Positions 14,847 through 25,975 of a stretch of DNA of 64,000 bases are shown one piece after another (position 1 is the stretch's first letter; each line of letters starts with the position of its first letter). The position numbers were made by a program, and so were the translations under genes. Under the pieces are notes generated by a model, which saw only the letters and a program-made list of their open reading frames with translations, was not told the origin of the DNA and ran no database searches. Source of the stretch: Octopus vulgaris (taxonomy: Eukaryota); assembly GCA_951406725.2 (NCBI GenBank), contig OX597820.1, positions 90,644,001-90,708,000 on the forward strand, given 5' to 3'.

Positions 14847-16610
14847 ATGCCAGGAAACTCATTAAAGCGAAAATGCAGACAGTATAGAGTTCAATATTTG
14901 AAACTTGGATTTATTATTGCTCCTAATAACAAACAATAGATAGTATGTCTTCTTTTCGAGTAAGCTTTTTTGAATGAGGTCATGAAGCCATCCAGTTTTT
15001 CGATCATTTAAACAAGATATACCCTTATAAAGCAAACAAAGATTTGTCATACTTTAAAAATCTGCAACATAAATTTCGAAACAGAAATCTATTCACACCT
15101 TTATGACAAACCAATAACAGAAATGCGACGATGGACTTGCTTGTGCATACAATATTTCCAGGATGGTTGCCAGATCTGGGATACCTCATACAATTGGAGA
15201 AAACCTCAATTTGCCAGCCAGAGTACAGCATCCTTTCTGAAGTAGAATTATCGGAATAATTTGAATTAGTAATAATGCTGTGGAAAGAAGTGATGAAATG
15301 GCTGAGGACATTGAAGAAATATTATTTACAATACTTAAATATCATCAATTTGGTTTACAATTAGGTGAATCGACTTTCCCAGGCAATGAAGCACTGCTTT
15401 TAAAATAGGTTCGCTTTATAAAAGATCAGAAAATTGTGAAAGAAGTATTGTTTGCAAAGGGATTTAAAACAGACACTAAGGTGAATTCATTTTTACTATA
15501 GTTGAACAGTTTTTCAAAGAAAAACAAATCCCTATGTACAGTACAGTTGCTTGTGCAGCAGTCAGTGCTCCAGCATTAACAGGGTGGTACAGACGCTTTC
15601 TTACATTTCTAAAGAAGGCTGTACCCAATATATTTACTACACATTGCGTAATTCATCATCAACATCTAGTTGCAAGACACTTGAGCGATCGACTTCATAA
15701 CTCGTTTGGTATTGTTATGACAGCAATAAATAAAATTAAATGTATTTCCCTTAATTTCCGAATATTTCAACAGCTATGCAACAACAATGATGACGAATTT
15801 GACCGTCTTCCTTTACATACTAAGGTGAGATGGTTATCGAAAAGCCTGTGTTTAGAGTGATTTTATTCACTTTTCAACCGTCATACAATTTTTACAGGAG
15901 AAAAAAATAAGATCATTTGAGTGAGAATCTCTTAGGTTGCAAATGTGTCATTACCTACTTAACAGATTTATTCAATATATTCAATATATTCAATATATTC
16001 AATGATCGGAATTTGCAACTGCAAGGCAGCGATGTAAATCAAAAGTTTTTATTTGTGCATTCATGGACAAACTTTCACGCTTTAGACATAATGTTGGTCG
16101 TCGGGCATAATGTCACAATTGCAACTATTGCTCAGCTAGAAAATATTCATGAGGCTGATATCTCTATATCAGATGACGACCTCTTGGGTAATTGTGACCA
16201 TTTGAAGTCTTTACATGACAACATGAGACGTAGATATCAGGACCTCATTAATATGGAAATACCTGACAGGTTGATAAACTCATTTATTGACGATTATAGA
16301 AAGGAAGCTGGCTCTTCGGTACAAGAGGAGTTAATCACTTTAAAAAAGACTTTGAATTAAAGCCCCTCTTCAAATAATCATACCAAGAGTTCTGGATACA
16401 AAAAGAAATTTCTGAAATATATCTAAAGCTGTGGGAATCTATCAAATATTTCTTCATTGCTTTTCCAACTTCCTATACACCGTTATGCAGCTTCTTACTA
16501 AGCAAAGAAACTGTCTGCCAATTGCAAAACACGATCTACGATTACTTCTAAGCAGCATGGAACCTAGAGTTAGGTTCCTTAGCCAATAAACACCAAAGTC
16601 AACCATTACA
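14847..16610 (+). pseudogene. hAT Buster-family (ZBED5/SCAND3-like) transposase pseudogene
   Basis: MPGNSLKRKCRQYRVQYLKLGF.. BED-finger start, QLGEST (QLDES-like), APALTG, HCVIHHQHL (CxxH motif), LHTKVRWLSK, LQLQG. Many stops and frameshifts; TIRs not identified. Confidence 0.85.
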
Positions 16611-17449
16611 TTGAAAGTATTGAGATATACTATCAATAAAACTTGTTTTCTTTTAGCATTTAGAACAGAAATTAAGACAATATTAAAATTAATTTTGCAC
16701 TAATAACTTAATGCTATCTTTCTATGTAAGATGAATACCATATCCTATTTGAAATTTAATTTTACAGGGGGATCGTTGACAAAAGATTTTGTCGCGCTGG
16801 CTGAGGGAGGGTTGGGAAAATATGTTAAAGTATGACAAAACATAAGTAAATTAGCCAACGCCAAAGTGGGAAACTCTTAGCGGGGTCGGGCTGCCTATCC
16901 CAAACTCTGCTCACAGCCACTCGTTTTGAGAAAAGCATTAAAAAAATAAGTGTATCTAAGAGTGTACTTAAGCATTTTATGTCAGTGTGAGATTTGACCG
17001 TGCGAAAATGCATCCAAAGTCTTTTAGATATTTCTGCTAGATACTATGGTAAATTACTACTGCAGTCTTCATGAAAATTTCAGTATTTCTCTGTCAATTA
17101 TTGGTCATATGTATTCTTCCGCATAAAGCGTATTATAATCATTACAGTTTATGCGTTTTACAATGGCCAAGAATTGAACTGAGCGACACATTACTTATTA
17201 TCATGATCGTGAATTCATACAGTCCTTTGGATAAGGTCTATATTCAAGGGCCCTAGAACAGGGGGTGCAGAATTCACTATTGCAACCACTACTCACCTTT
17301 ATCAGGTAGAGAAAATGGTGTTTAAATTTTGATATGTAAAACGTTTATTCAAGTTAAGTTTCTTCACAAAATAAGAACAAAGAGCAAAACTAAATAAAAA
17401 GAAAACCCTCCAAAATTTCTACAAAGATATATTACTGAACTAAAATATA

Positions 17450-17503
<54 letters not shown>

Positions 17504-17539
17504 TTTGTGTGTATGTGTCAGTGTGTGTTATTGTGTATG

Positions 17540-17597
<58 letters not shown>

Positions 17598-17600
<3 letters not shown>

Positions 17601-18034
17601 AATGTGACGATAAAATTCTTTTCGAAAAACAATATTTTCTCGAAAAAATTTTTATCAATGGCCAACATATTGAAAATACCTTTAACGGTTAAATTTATAA
17701 ACAATTTATAAATGAGTGCAAAGGAAAAAATTTTCTAATGCCAAATATGCCGAAAAATTGGACATATTGTCCATTAACCATATAATTGTTTCACAATACG
17801 CACGCTACTCGAAAAAAGGTAGATAGAAATTTCTAAAAAATTCCATTATTACCATATCGGACCGATTTCAGAGTTAGCTACTAAGAGCCCCCTCTTCATC
17901 AGTGATACATGTGGCAAAAGAAATTTTTTCGAGTAGCGTGCGTATTGTGAAAACATTATATGGTTAATCGACAATATGTCCGATTTTTCGGCATATTTGG
18001 CATTAGAAAATTTTTTCGTTTGCCCTCATTTATG

Positions 18035-18038
<4 letters not shown>
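17598..18038 (-). mobile_element. Non-autonomous Penelope-like/retrozyme-like element with ~115-bp inverted arms, inserted in (TA)n
   Basis: Arms 17703-17817 and 17924-18038 are near-perfect reverse complements; the spacer holds a hammerhead motif; TA arrays lie on both sides. Confidence 0.7.
17850..17907 (-). ncRNA. Minimal type I hammerhead ribozyme
   Basis: Reverse complement: TATCA CTGATGA AGAG[GGGGCTCTTAGTAGCTAA]CTCT GAAA TCG[GTC]CGA T A TGGTA. The core is intact (CUGAUGA, GAAA), stems I, II and III all pair, and the cleavage triplet is AUA. Confidence 0.8.
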
Positions 18039-18097
<59 letters not shown>

Positions 18098-18725
18098 CAT
18101 ACATAATATAAACAACTGCGCCCACCCCTCAGTAGAAGCACAATTGATGAACTATTATACTCTGCAATCACAGTCTAGCTATCCATTTCCTCATTTCCTC
18201 TGAATACCATAGCTGCCCCCTCATCATTATTGCCATCATGTTCTGCTGCTACTACCCTTACCACAACTAAACAATAGCAACAATAACAAGATTAGCATTG
18301 GAAGTCACTGTACTAGAGCAGTTGATGACCCATTAAACAACACAGTCCCTAGCTCTTCTCCACAGTCACGCCACTATAATTCTTCTCAGAATGACACAAG
18401 AGATCCATCATCACCATTGTCATCTTAATCTATTTCTACTATCATTACCACTACTACTAGTGGTTATCAAGAAGCGTGATTTTACAAAGTTTGGAGATTA
18501 AAGGGATAAACTGTGGAATTTTAATCCGTTACTTTCTCACCCAGATCTTTTAATGCACAAAACATTCCAGACCCTAAGCAAGGTTAGTAAAGAAAGACCT
18601 TCATGGCTTCGAAAGGGCAATGTTCTGTTAAGCTATATTATATCACAAGTAAACTGTATGAATTCACTCTTACACTCTCGCGAGGATGTTTCAAAACATA
18701 TATTAGTTTTTTCGAATAATAGCTA

Positions 18726-19998
18726 TTGGGTTGGCAACTAAGTTTCCGCTGTTTTTTTAAATTTTGGAATTTATTGTGTTTTTTTAATTCTGGAATCTAT
18801 TTTTTTCGAGAATTCTATTTTTGAATCATTTTGGAATCTATTTTTTTTTTTGTTTTTTTTCAAGTTAATTTTAGTTAATTTCTATTTATTTACAGATCAT
18901 TAAAATCCAATGTCAAGTTACGAAAAACGAGCATTTTCGACACCTTTTTGTTTTTAATCAATTTCTAAGGCCGCAAAAGCTGCTCACGACATGTGTGTTG
19001 TGTATGGAGAGAGTGCCATAGCTGAAAGAACCGCTCGTGATTGGTATGGCAAGTTAAAAAAAGAAAATTTTGACCTCAAAGACGCACCTCATTCTGGCCG
19101 ACCAGTTGAGTTCGATGAAGAGCGATTAAACCAACCTTTGCACGAAAATTTTCATCAAACGACAAGGGAACTGGCAGAGAAAATGGAATGCTCCCACACC
19201 GCTATGTATAAGCATCTTCATTCGATGGGAAAGGTTCAGAAGTATGGAGTATGACTTCCGCATGCTTTGAGTGACAACAACAAAACTCAACGAGCCACAA
19301 TCTCCGCTGGTTTGCTTGCTCGTCACCGCACAACTCATGGACACAAGCAACGATTTTTTTACCGAATCGTTACTGCCGACAAAAAATGGCGCCTGTACAT
19401 CAATATGAAGCAGCGTAAGGAATGGCTTAGCCCCGGTAAACAAGCGACACCGCGCGTGAAACAAGATCCTCTTCCGCATAAAGCGATGTTGTGCGTATGT
19501 TGAGACTGGGAAGGGATTATCCATTACTAATTGCTCGAACGGAACCAAACGGTCAACGCGAAACTCTATGTTCAACAGATGGAAGGACTCAACACGGATA
19601 TTCAAGAGAAAAGACCTAAACGGCAGCATGGAGTCCTTCTGCTGCACGACAACGCCCGCCCTCATAATCATCAATATGACCAAGGAAGCCATTCAAACGC
19701 ATGGCTGAGAAGTGCTGCCACACCCGCCGTACTCTTCATATTTGGCAACAGATTTCTACATATTTCGATCTCTTTCAAATGCTATGCGCGGAGTTTCGTT
19801 CATTACTGATGCAGAATTGGGAGCCCGAAATCGGATGATTTCTACCAACGAGGTATTAAAAATTTTGTTGAACGTTGGGAAGAATTTGTAAACAATAAGG
19901 GTGAATGCATTATTGATTAATTAGTAGTTAATTTTTATTAAACCTTTTAAAAAATTTAAATTAAAAAGAAAGCGGTGGGAACTTAGTTACCAACCCAA
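18726..19998 (+). mobile_element. Full-length decayed mariner (DD34D) with mellifera-like TIRs
   Basis: TA-flanked TIRs TTGGGTTGGCAACTAAGT / ACTTAGTTACCAACCCAA, ~1.27 kb. Transposase remnants: HSGRPVEFDEE, LPHAL (WVPHEL-like), IVTADKKW, LLHDNARPH, HPPYSS. Stops and frameshifts present. Confidence 0.92.
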
Positions 19999-20049
19999 TA
20001 GTTTAACAAGAATGACATTTTAAAATGTCCTTCTTGTTAAACTATTGTA

Positions 20050-21330
20050 GGGGCTAACAAGGGTAGGGTTGCGATTTATTTTCGAGGACAAAGCCAGCAT
20101 AAATATAAACTTCCAATTCAGGGATGCTACAAGATAGATTGAACAACGTAAACTTTTAACTATTCATCATTTGTATTTCATCCGCCATTCTTGTCTTCGT
20201 GTTTGCCTATTTTTGTTCCAGTTTACTCTTTTGCATATCTGCTATTGTATACCTATTTGAGTTTGTCATTGCTTACCAGCTTTATATGGACATTTCACTA
20301 GATTAAAAAAAAACCAAATATACATCCCTCCAACAATCCAAAATATTTGTCCCTCTGCCTATTTTATAAATTATAATCATTATTCTCATTATGATATGAA
20401 TGATTCTTCTAAAGATTTTTTTTCTTTACGTCTCTCATACTTTCTTACATCTTTGATGACATTCATACAATTATTTCACGTTAAGAGATAGTCAGAGACA
20501 ATAATCTATTGGCAGTTATTGAACTTGCTATTATTATTTTCGGAACGTGCCTATGTCTATACTTACTGCGTAGCATTCTAGTTGTAGTAATTAAAGATTG
20601 AATAATGAATTCATTTCAACTATACCATAATGTTCTCATTTCAATAGCTATGTCAATGTAATTCATTAGCTTATCTGGCTACTTCGTCACGGTATTTATA
20701 CTTATTTGTTATTGCAGTGTCAATTATTACCATATTGTCATTTTGTCATGGAAAAAGATGCCAAGCGAGTTGCATGCCAGCGGGTGAGCCATCTCTATAC
20801 TTAAGTTTCATAAGATCTATCATTGTCATGGTACATGTCTGGTGGAGATCTATAAGCATGTGATGTAATTGTTTCTTTGAGAAGACGGAACTGAGTGACC
20901 TTTTGTACGTACAACATTCTTAGTCTATTGCCATATTTTTCAGTATAATTTATGTGATTTTCCCGATGAAAATCTTGATGCAATAGAAATGTTCGATGTA
21001 AATTTTAATGTATTTGGAACAAGTGTTTAAGTTATTTTATATTACAACTAAAACACATAAAAACAAAGAAAGAGAAGAAAAGTGGAAAAACATTGTCGAA
21101 GAAAATTCTAATATAAACAAAAACATAATACAGTTATCAATTTTTTGTTGCAAGATTCTTGTGAAATCGTGTGTTGAAACCGATATTGCTGTACTTCGGG
21201 ATGAACATTTTTTTTTTTCACAATGGAGCAAGTGGAGCAAGTACACGCGAAAGTGAAAAGTGTCACTGAAGAAGTCACAGATGTGAGCGAAAGATTTCCG
21301 GACTATGAACGTGAGTTAAAATAATAAAAT
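20050..21330. mobile_element. Decayed Penelope-like remnants (minus ~20100-20990, plus ~21000-21330)
   Basis: Fragments resemble PLE GIY-YIG C-termini; a degenerate hammerhead-like motif lies at 21266-21300 and a palindrome at 19999-20044. Homology is weak. Confidence 0.35.
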
Positions 21331-21408
21331 AACAACAGTAATGAACAAGTGAAGGAAAAATATATAGTGCACGTGATTGGAAAAAAAATGACCACTCCTA
21401 CAGGCTAC

Positions 21409-21446
21409 AGGCGTAGGAGTGGCTGTGTGGTAAGTCGCTTGCTAAC
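21409..21446 (+). mobile_element. SINE family A 5' head (A box), interrupted
   Basis: AGGCGTAGGAGTGGCTGTGTGGT AAGTCGCTTGCTAAC matches the start of the intact copies at 5765-6169 and 32910-33330. Confidence 0.9.
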
Positions 21447-23580
21447 GCACATGCGCAGTTAGTCGGTTGCTTCTTGTTGAGCTAGAGTGGACGTGAGTAA
21501 CAAGCTCTGTCCAACTAAAGAAAAAAGACCAAAAACGGAAAGTTGTCGAGGTAAGTGATTTTGTTTATTGTGAGTTGGGCATAATTTATTGTGTGCCAAT
21601 TATTATTTCAGTAGGTTGTGTCCAACTCTGAGACAATTTCGCCTGCGCTAGGCGGCTGCCGTTTTTCTGTTCATTGAAAAAAAAAAAAAAAAAAAAGAAA
21701 AAACAGTGGAGGGGAGTATACTCGGAATTCAATACAGTTACTGTTAAAATTACCGTTAGCAGTAGCCAGTGCTGTGTTTGAGTTTGCTGAATTTATTCCC
21801 TGGATTACCTTTCGGACCCATTTTTGTGGAGGTTGTGTTGCAGTTGCGGCGTTCAGGTTCAACCCAGGCCGGGAGTACCGCAAGGCCAGAATATATTTGC
21901 TGTGTTTTTTCTGTTTATTAACTTTCTTTCGAACTTCATTTAACCCCCCCCCCCCTTTTCTTTTTTTCCTTATTGCGACTTTCCGTTAATTTCTTCCCTT
22001 CTATTGTGCTTTCCCCTCTTGGTTTTTTAAAAAATCTATCAAATTTTATTTAGACTTTTGAACATTTTTCTTCTTGCTTTTGAGTTTAATTTGAATATAT
22101 TTTAAAAAAACATGGCAACAAAAGAAACCACTACTTTGGAATGGGAGGTCGTCCCACCCAAGCAGTGGATTGAAAGTCTTGAGAAGAGGACGGTGGTCCT
22201 ACGAACCTATTCTAGGTCGCGTGGAGCCATTGCCCTCTGCGACAAGAATACTATAGAGAAAGAGTTGGGGGACCACCTGCCAACTATAAAATTTATTTCT
22301 CGGGGCACTAAATTTGCAACGGTGTGGTTGCTGTTTGGTACCCCCGAGGAAGCTAGCAGATTTGCTAGCGAGCCACTGGAGGGAGAGGAAATTTTGTTCC
22401 TCCCCTCGTATTGTGGCAGAAAAGTAAAAAGAGCCTGGGTGTGTGGGCTGCCCCCGGGCACGGAGGCGGAATGGATCGAGAAGACCATCCGGCGAGGCCT
22501 GGGGGATAGCGGACCCAGACTACTGAGTGTGAAAATGGCTCCCACGGTCGCCTGGGAGGGGTCAAAGGCAACTTTGACCCTGTGGACACCGGTGGCCGTG
22601 GGAGAAATGAAATTCCCGGACTTCCTGAGAATGGCTGGGCACAGGTACCCGGTGATACTCGAGGGTCGCCCCCCCCCAGTGTCACCTGTGCCTGAAGCCC
22701 GGACATATCAGGAAGAATTGTCCCGGGGGCCGTGGTGGTGCCCCGGAGCAGAAAGGGGAAAAGGCGCCCGCCGCCCCCTCATTGGAGGGGGAGACGGTGG
22801 AAGTCGTGGAGGAGGTTGCCTCCACGAAAAGAAAGAGACAGGCGAGCAACAATGGTTGCCCGCCAAAGAACGCTCAGGGGGCGGAGGGGGATAGCAATCC
22901 CCCGTTTCTGGTGACGGAGTCCCCTGGGTCAGCAGTCTCCCCCAAAAGAAGGAGGAGAAAAAGGAGAGGTCGGACGACTGACGTTTCTGTGTCGCCGACG
23001 GAGCCGCGGGTGGGATGTGTGCCACCCGCGGGCAAGGCTCCGCCAGTAGGAAGTGTGCCACTGACGGAGCAGTGTGAGGTCCCTTCCTGTGAAGAGGAGA
23101 TGCTTCTCCTCCTTTACCACAAGGGAGAGGAGGTGGAAAGATTTTTGAATGGCTTGGGTGACCGAGAACGTAAGGGCACGGTCGGCTCAAGGAGTCCGTT
23201 ATGGCCTCCGCAGGTAGCTGCGGAAAAAGTAACGGAAGATACTTTGTCAAGGGTCGCAGAGACCTTTGAAAGGAAAGATTTTACTATTCTCTTTGCAGGC
23301 CCCGACTTGTCGTCACAGAGTTGTCTGCAGGCGGCAAGACAATTTACTTCGGGGACCTGACGAGGAGAATTGTTGAACATTTTTTATGTAATTTGAATCA
23401 TTGTGAACATTTTATTAAATGTATTTATTGAAACATTGTTTTAGAGAAGCGAAAGTCGGCGGGCGCTTTCGACTTCTCCCATCACCATCTTCATCCACCA
23501 CCACCATCATCCATTAATGTCCTTGTCCAGCCCGTAGCTACTACCCTGTGTGCTGCCCTAGTGGCAAATTATATAAAATA
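21447..23580 (+). mobile_element. ORF1-only non-autonomous L1/Tx1-like retroelement E1
   Basis: Bounded by 15-bp duplications at 21432-21446 and 23581-23595. It has a 665-nt 5' UTR, a single gag-like ORF and a 220-nt 3' UTR ending in AATAAA; no EN or RT. Confidence 0.85.
22112..23360 (+). CDS. Tx1-like ORF1 protein (~415 aa after removing one C in the C9 run near 22669-22677): RRM-like N-terminus, CX2CX4HX4C knuckle, basic linker, uncharacterised C-terminal domain
   Basis: Joining ORFs 22112-22894 and 22782-23360 gives ..VILEGRPPQCHLCLKPGHIRKNCP..PKRRRRKRR..YHKGEEVE..PLWPPQVA. It is collinear with the E2 protein. Confidence 0.75.
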
Positions 23581-23595
23581 AAGTAGCTTGCTTAC

Positions 23596-25654
23596 CCAAA
23601 ATGCAAGACTAGTTGGGCTGGACTGTTACAGTGAGAAGATGCGAGTTTCGGCTCCGCGAACAGAAAAAAGAACAAAAAGAAAAATTGTCAATTATGGCTC
23701 GCTATAACGAGCAAAATACTGGGTTTTCAGCACCGTAACTGTTAATTGAGAATTTTTTTGAAAATTCTTCTTGTGAATTCTAGTGGGCGTATCTCGCCAA
23801 AAAAAAAAAAGAAGAAGCCATTTGGATTACCTTTTTGGATTACCTTTTTGGAGTATTATACAAAGGATTCCCTGTCTGTGCTATTTGTGAGATTTTTCTT
23901 TTACTTTTCCCTTCTATTATTTCTTTCTTTCTAAAAATTTTTGGTTCATTCTTTTCATTACTTTAATTTCAGTTTCCTCCCCTCCCCTTTATTTTGTTTT
24001 TATTTTTATTCGGTTTAATTTTCGGCAGACTGTCTTTTGAACTACGTTTGAACTGTTTTTTGACATGGCAGAGAAGGAACTTAAAAAGAAAAACTCTGTC
24101 TTAGAGTGGGAAATTAACCCGCTTAATCAATGGTTAAAAGATATGGAAGAGAAGACGATGGTACTTAGAACATATTCTAAAGTTCTTAATTCCATCACCG
24201 TCTTCCCAAAAAAGTCATAAAAATGAACTTAAAGATTATTTGTCCTCTGTAAAATATATATCCCGTAGTGTCAAACATGCAACCTTATGGTTGCAGTTTG
24301 ACAACCGGGAAAAGGCTCGCCAGTTTGCGAGTCAGCCTTTAGAAGGCAAGGAAATCCTGTTTCTCCCGTCATATTGTGGAAGAAAATTAATACGAGCCCG
24401 GATATGTGGGCTCCCCCTGGGCACCGAAGCGGATTGGATTGAAGATACCATCCGACGGGGACTGAGAGTTGGCGGGCCCAAACTCTTAAATGTAAGAGTA
24501 TTGCCGGCGGTCGATTGGGATGGGTCAAAAGCGATTTTGACCCTGTGGACCCCATCAGCCGCAACAGAACTGGTTTTTCCAGATTTCTTGAAAATGGCTG
24601 ACTGCAGGTATCCGGTGATACTTGAGGGACGTCCCCCAAAGTGTCACTCGTGCCTGCAGCCAGGCCACATTAAAAGGAACTTCCCCCAGGACCATGGTAA
24701 GGTCCTGGAACAGTCACCAGATGCCACCTCCCCTACCCGGTCAAAGGGAGACGTGGACGTGGTCGAGGAGGCTTCAGCCTCCACAACTCAAAAAGGATTA
24801 AAAAGGAAGAAGACGGGCAACAATAGTTGCCCGCCGAAGGAACCTAAGGCTTCGGGAGACGGGGGAGAGTCTCCGGACAAAGCGAAAGGGCTCCACTCTC
24901 CCGAAGCTAGGAAGAAAAGAAAAAAAAGAAAGAAGAACTGGTCATCTCAGCAGGGAGATGATGTGCCGACTGCATGTCCCGAAGTTGTGCCACCCGCGGT
25001 GGAAGAAACCACCCCCACCCTTAAAGATGATCAATTAGTTATCTTTTTCTACAAGGGCCGGGAGGTGGAAAAATAGTAGAAGAACTTAAAGAATCAGTAG
25101 ATATGCCCTTCACACGGGATCCCGAATGGCCTCCGCAGATAGCTGTGGAGGTCATAAGGTTTCCCTTGTAGGAAAGGCTTAAAGGATTTGGGGAGGAGTA
25201 TCGTATATGGCCGGGTGGCCCTTACACGACTTACATGTCCTACATGAGTGAGGCATGGGAAATGGCGGGATACAGGAACTCAAGCGGCATTGAAGATAAT
25301 GATGAATATATCGATGGATATATCGAAGAGTAGGCGGTGAAAGATCCTCGTTACAGAGTTTGAAACCTCACCTTATTGGACTATTTTGTAGTGGTTTATA
25401 ACCTCAATTTTGTGTTTTAAGAAAGAAAAAAGAAAATATGTGAAGTAAGAGGTTTTAGTGCCTCCTCCTTGTAAAAGGTTCGAAACCTTATATTGATTTA
25501 AAAAAAAAAAGAAAATGTGTTTTCGAGAAAAATCCAATCGGCGTGTGTTGGATTTCGTCTCTCATTTATTCATTATAACTCATTTTCATTCATTAATGTG
25601 TTTGTCCAGCCCGCAAAGCTCTTTGTACTGTCTATATGACAAATTTGTGAAATA
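23596..25654 (+). mobile_element. ORF1-only non-autonomous L1/Tx1-like retroelement E2 (divergent relative of E1)
   Basis: Bounded by AAGTAGCTTGCTTAC at 23581-23595 and 25655-25669; same architecture as E1; ends AATAAA; no ORF2. Confidence 0.85.
24065..25333 (+). pseudogene. ORF1 of E2, disrupted
   Basis: MAEKELKKKNSVLEWEINPLNQW..VLRTYSK; frameshifts in A runs at ~24208-24223 and ~25070; GRPPKCHSCLQPGHIKRNFP (last Cys lost); continues ..PEWPPQIA.. with one in-frame TAG and ends at 25333. Confidence 0.8.
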
Positions 25655-25975
25655 AAGTAGCTTGCTTACGAACCACATGGTTCGGGGTTCAGACTTACTG
25701 CGTGGAACCTTGGGCAAATGTCTTCTACTTTAACCTCGGGCCGACCAAAGCCTTGTGAGTAGATTTGGTTGATATATATGTGTGTATGTGTGTGTGTGTA
25801 TGTTTGTGTGTCTGTGTTTGTCCCCCCGCTACATCACTTGACAACCGATGCTGGTGTGTTTACGTCCCCGCAAATTAGCGGTTCAGCAAAAGAGAATGAT
25901 AGAAAAAGTACTAGGCTTACAAAGAATAAGTCCTGGGTCGATTTGCTTGACAAAAAGGCGGTGCTCCGGCATGGC

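Noticed and set aside
15971-16003. (TTCAATATA)n in-frame repeat in the hAT pseudogene
   Set aside because: Simple slippage in a dead element.
21551-22053. Possible intron in the E1 5' UTR (GAG|GTAAGT ... TTTAG|AC)
   Set aside because: E2 has no matching strong donor, and a retrotransposed copy would usually have lost the intron. Needs RNA data.
22207-23380. Antisense ORFs over E1
   Set aside because: They are GC-rich shadows of the plus-strand ORF1 and are not conserved with E2.
21447-25654. E1/E2 as LTR elements, host paralogues or a tandem duplication
   Set aside because: There are no LTRs or PBS; each is bounded by SINE-derived TSDs; divergence is too high and too codon-structured for a local duplication.
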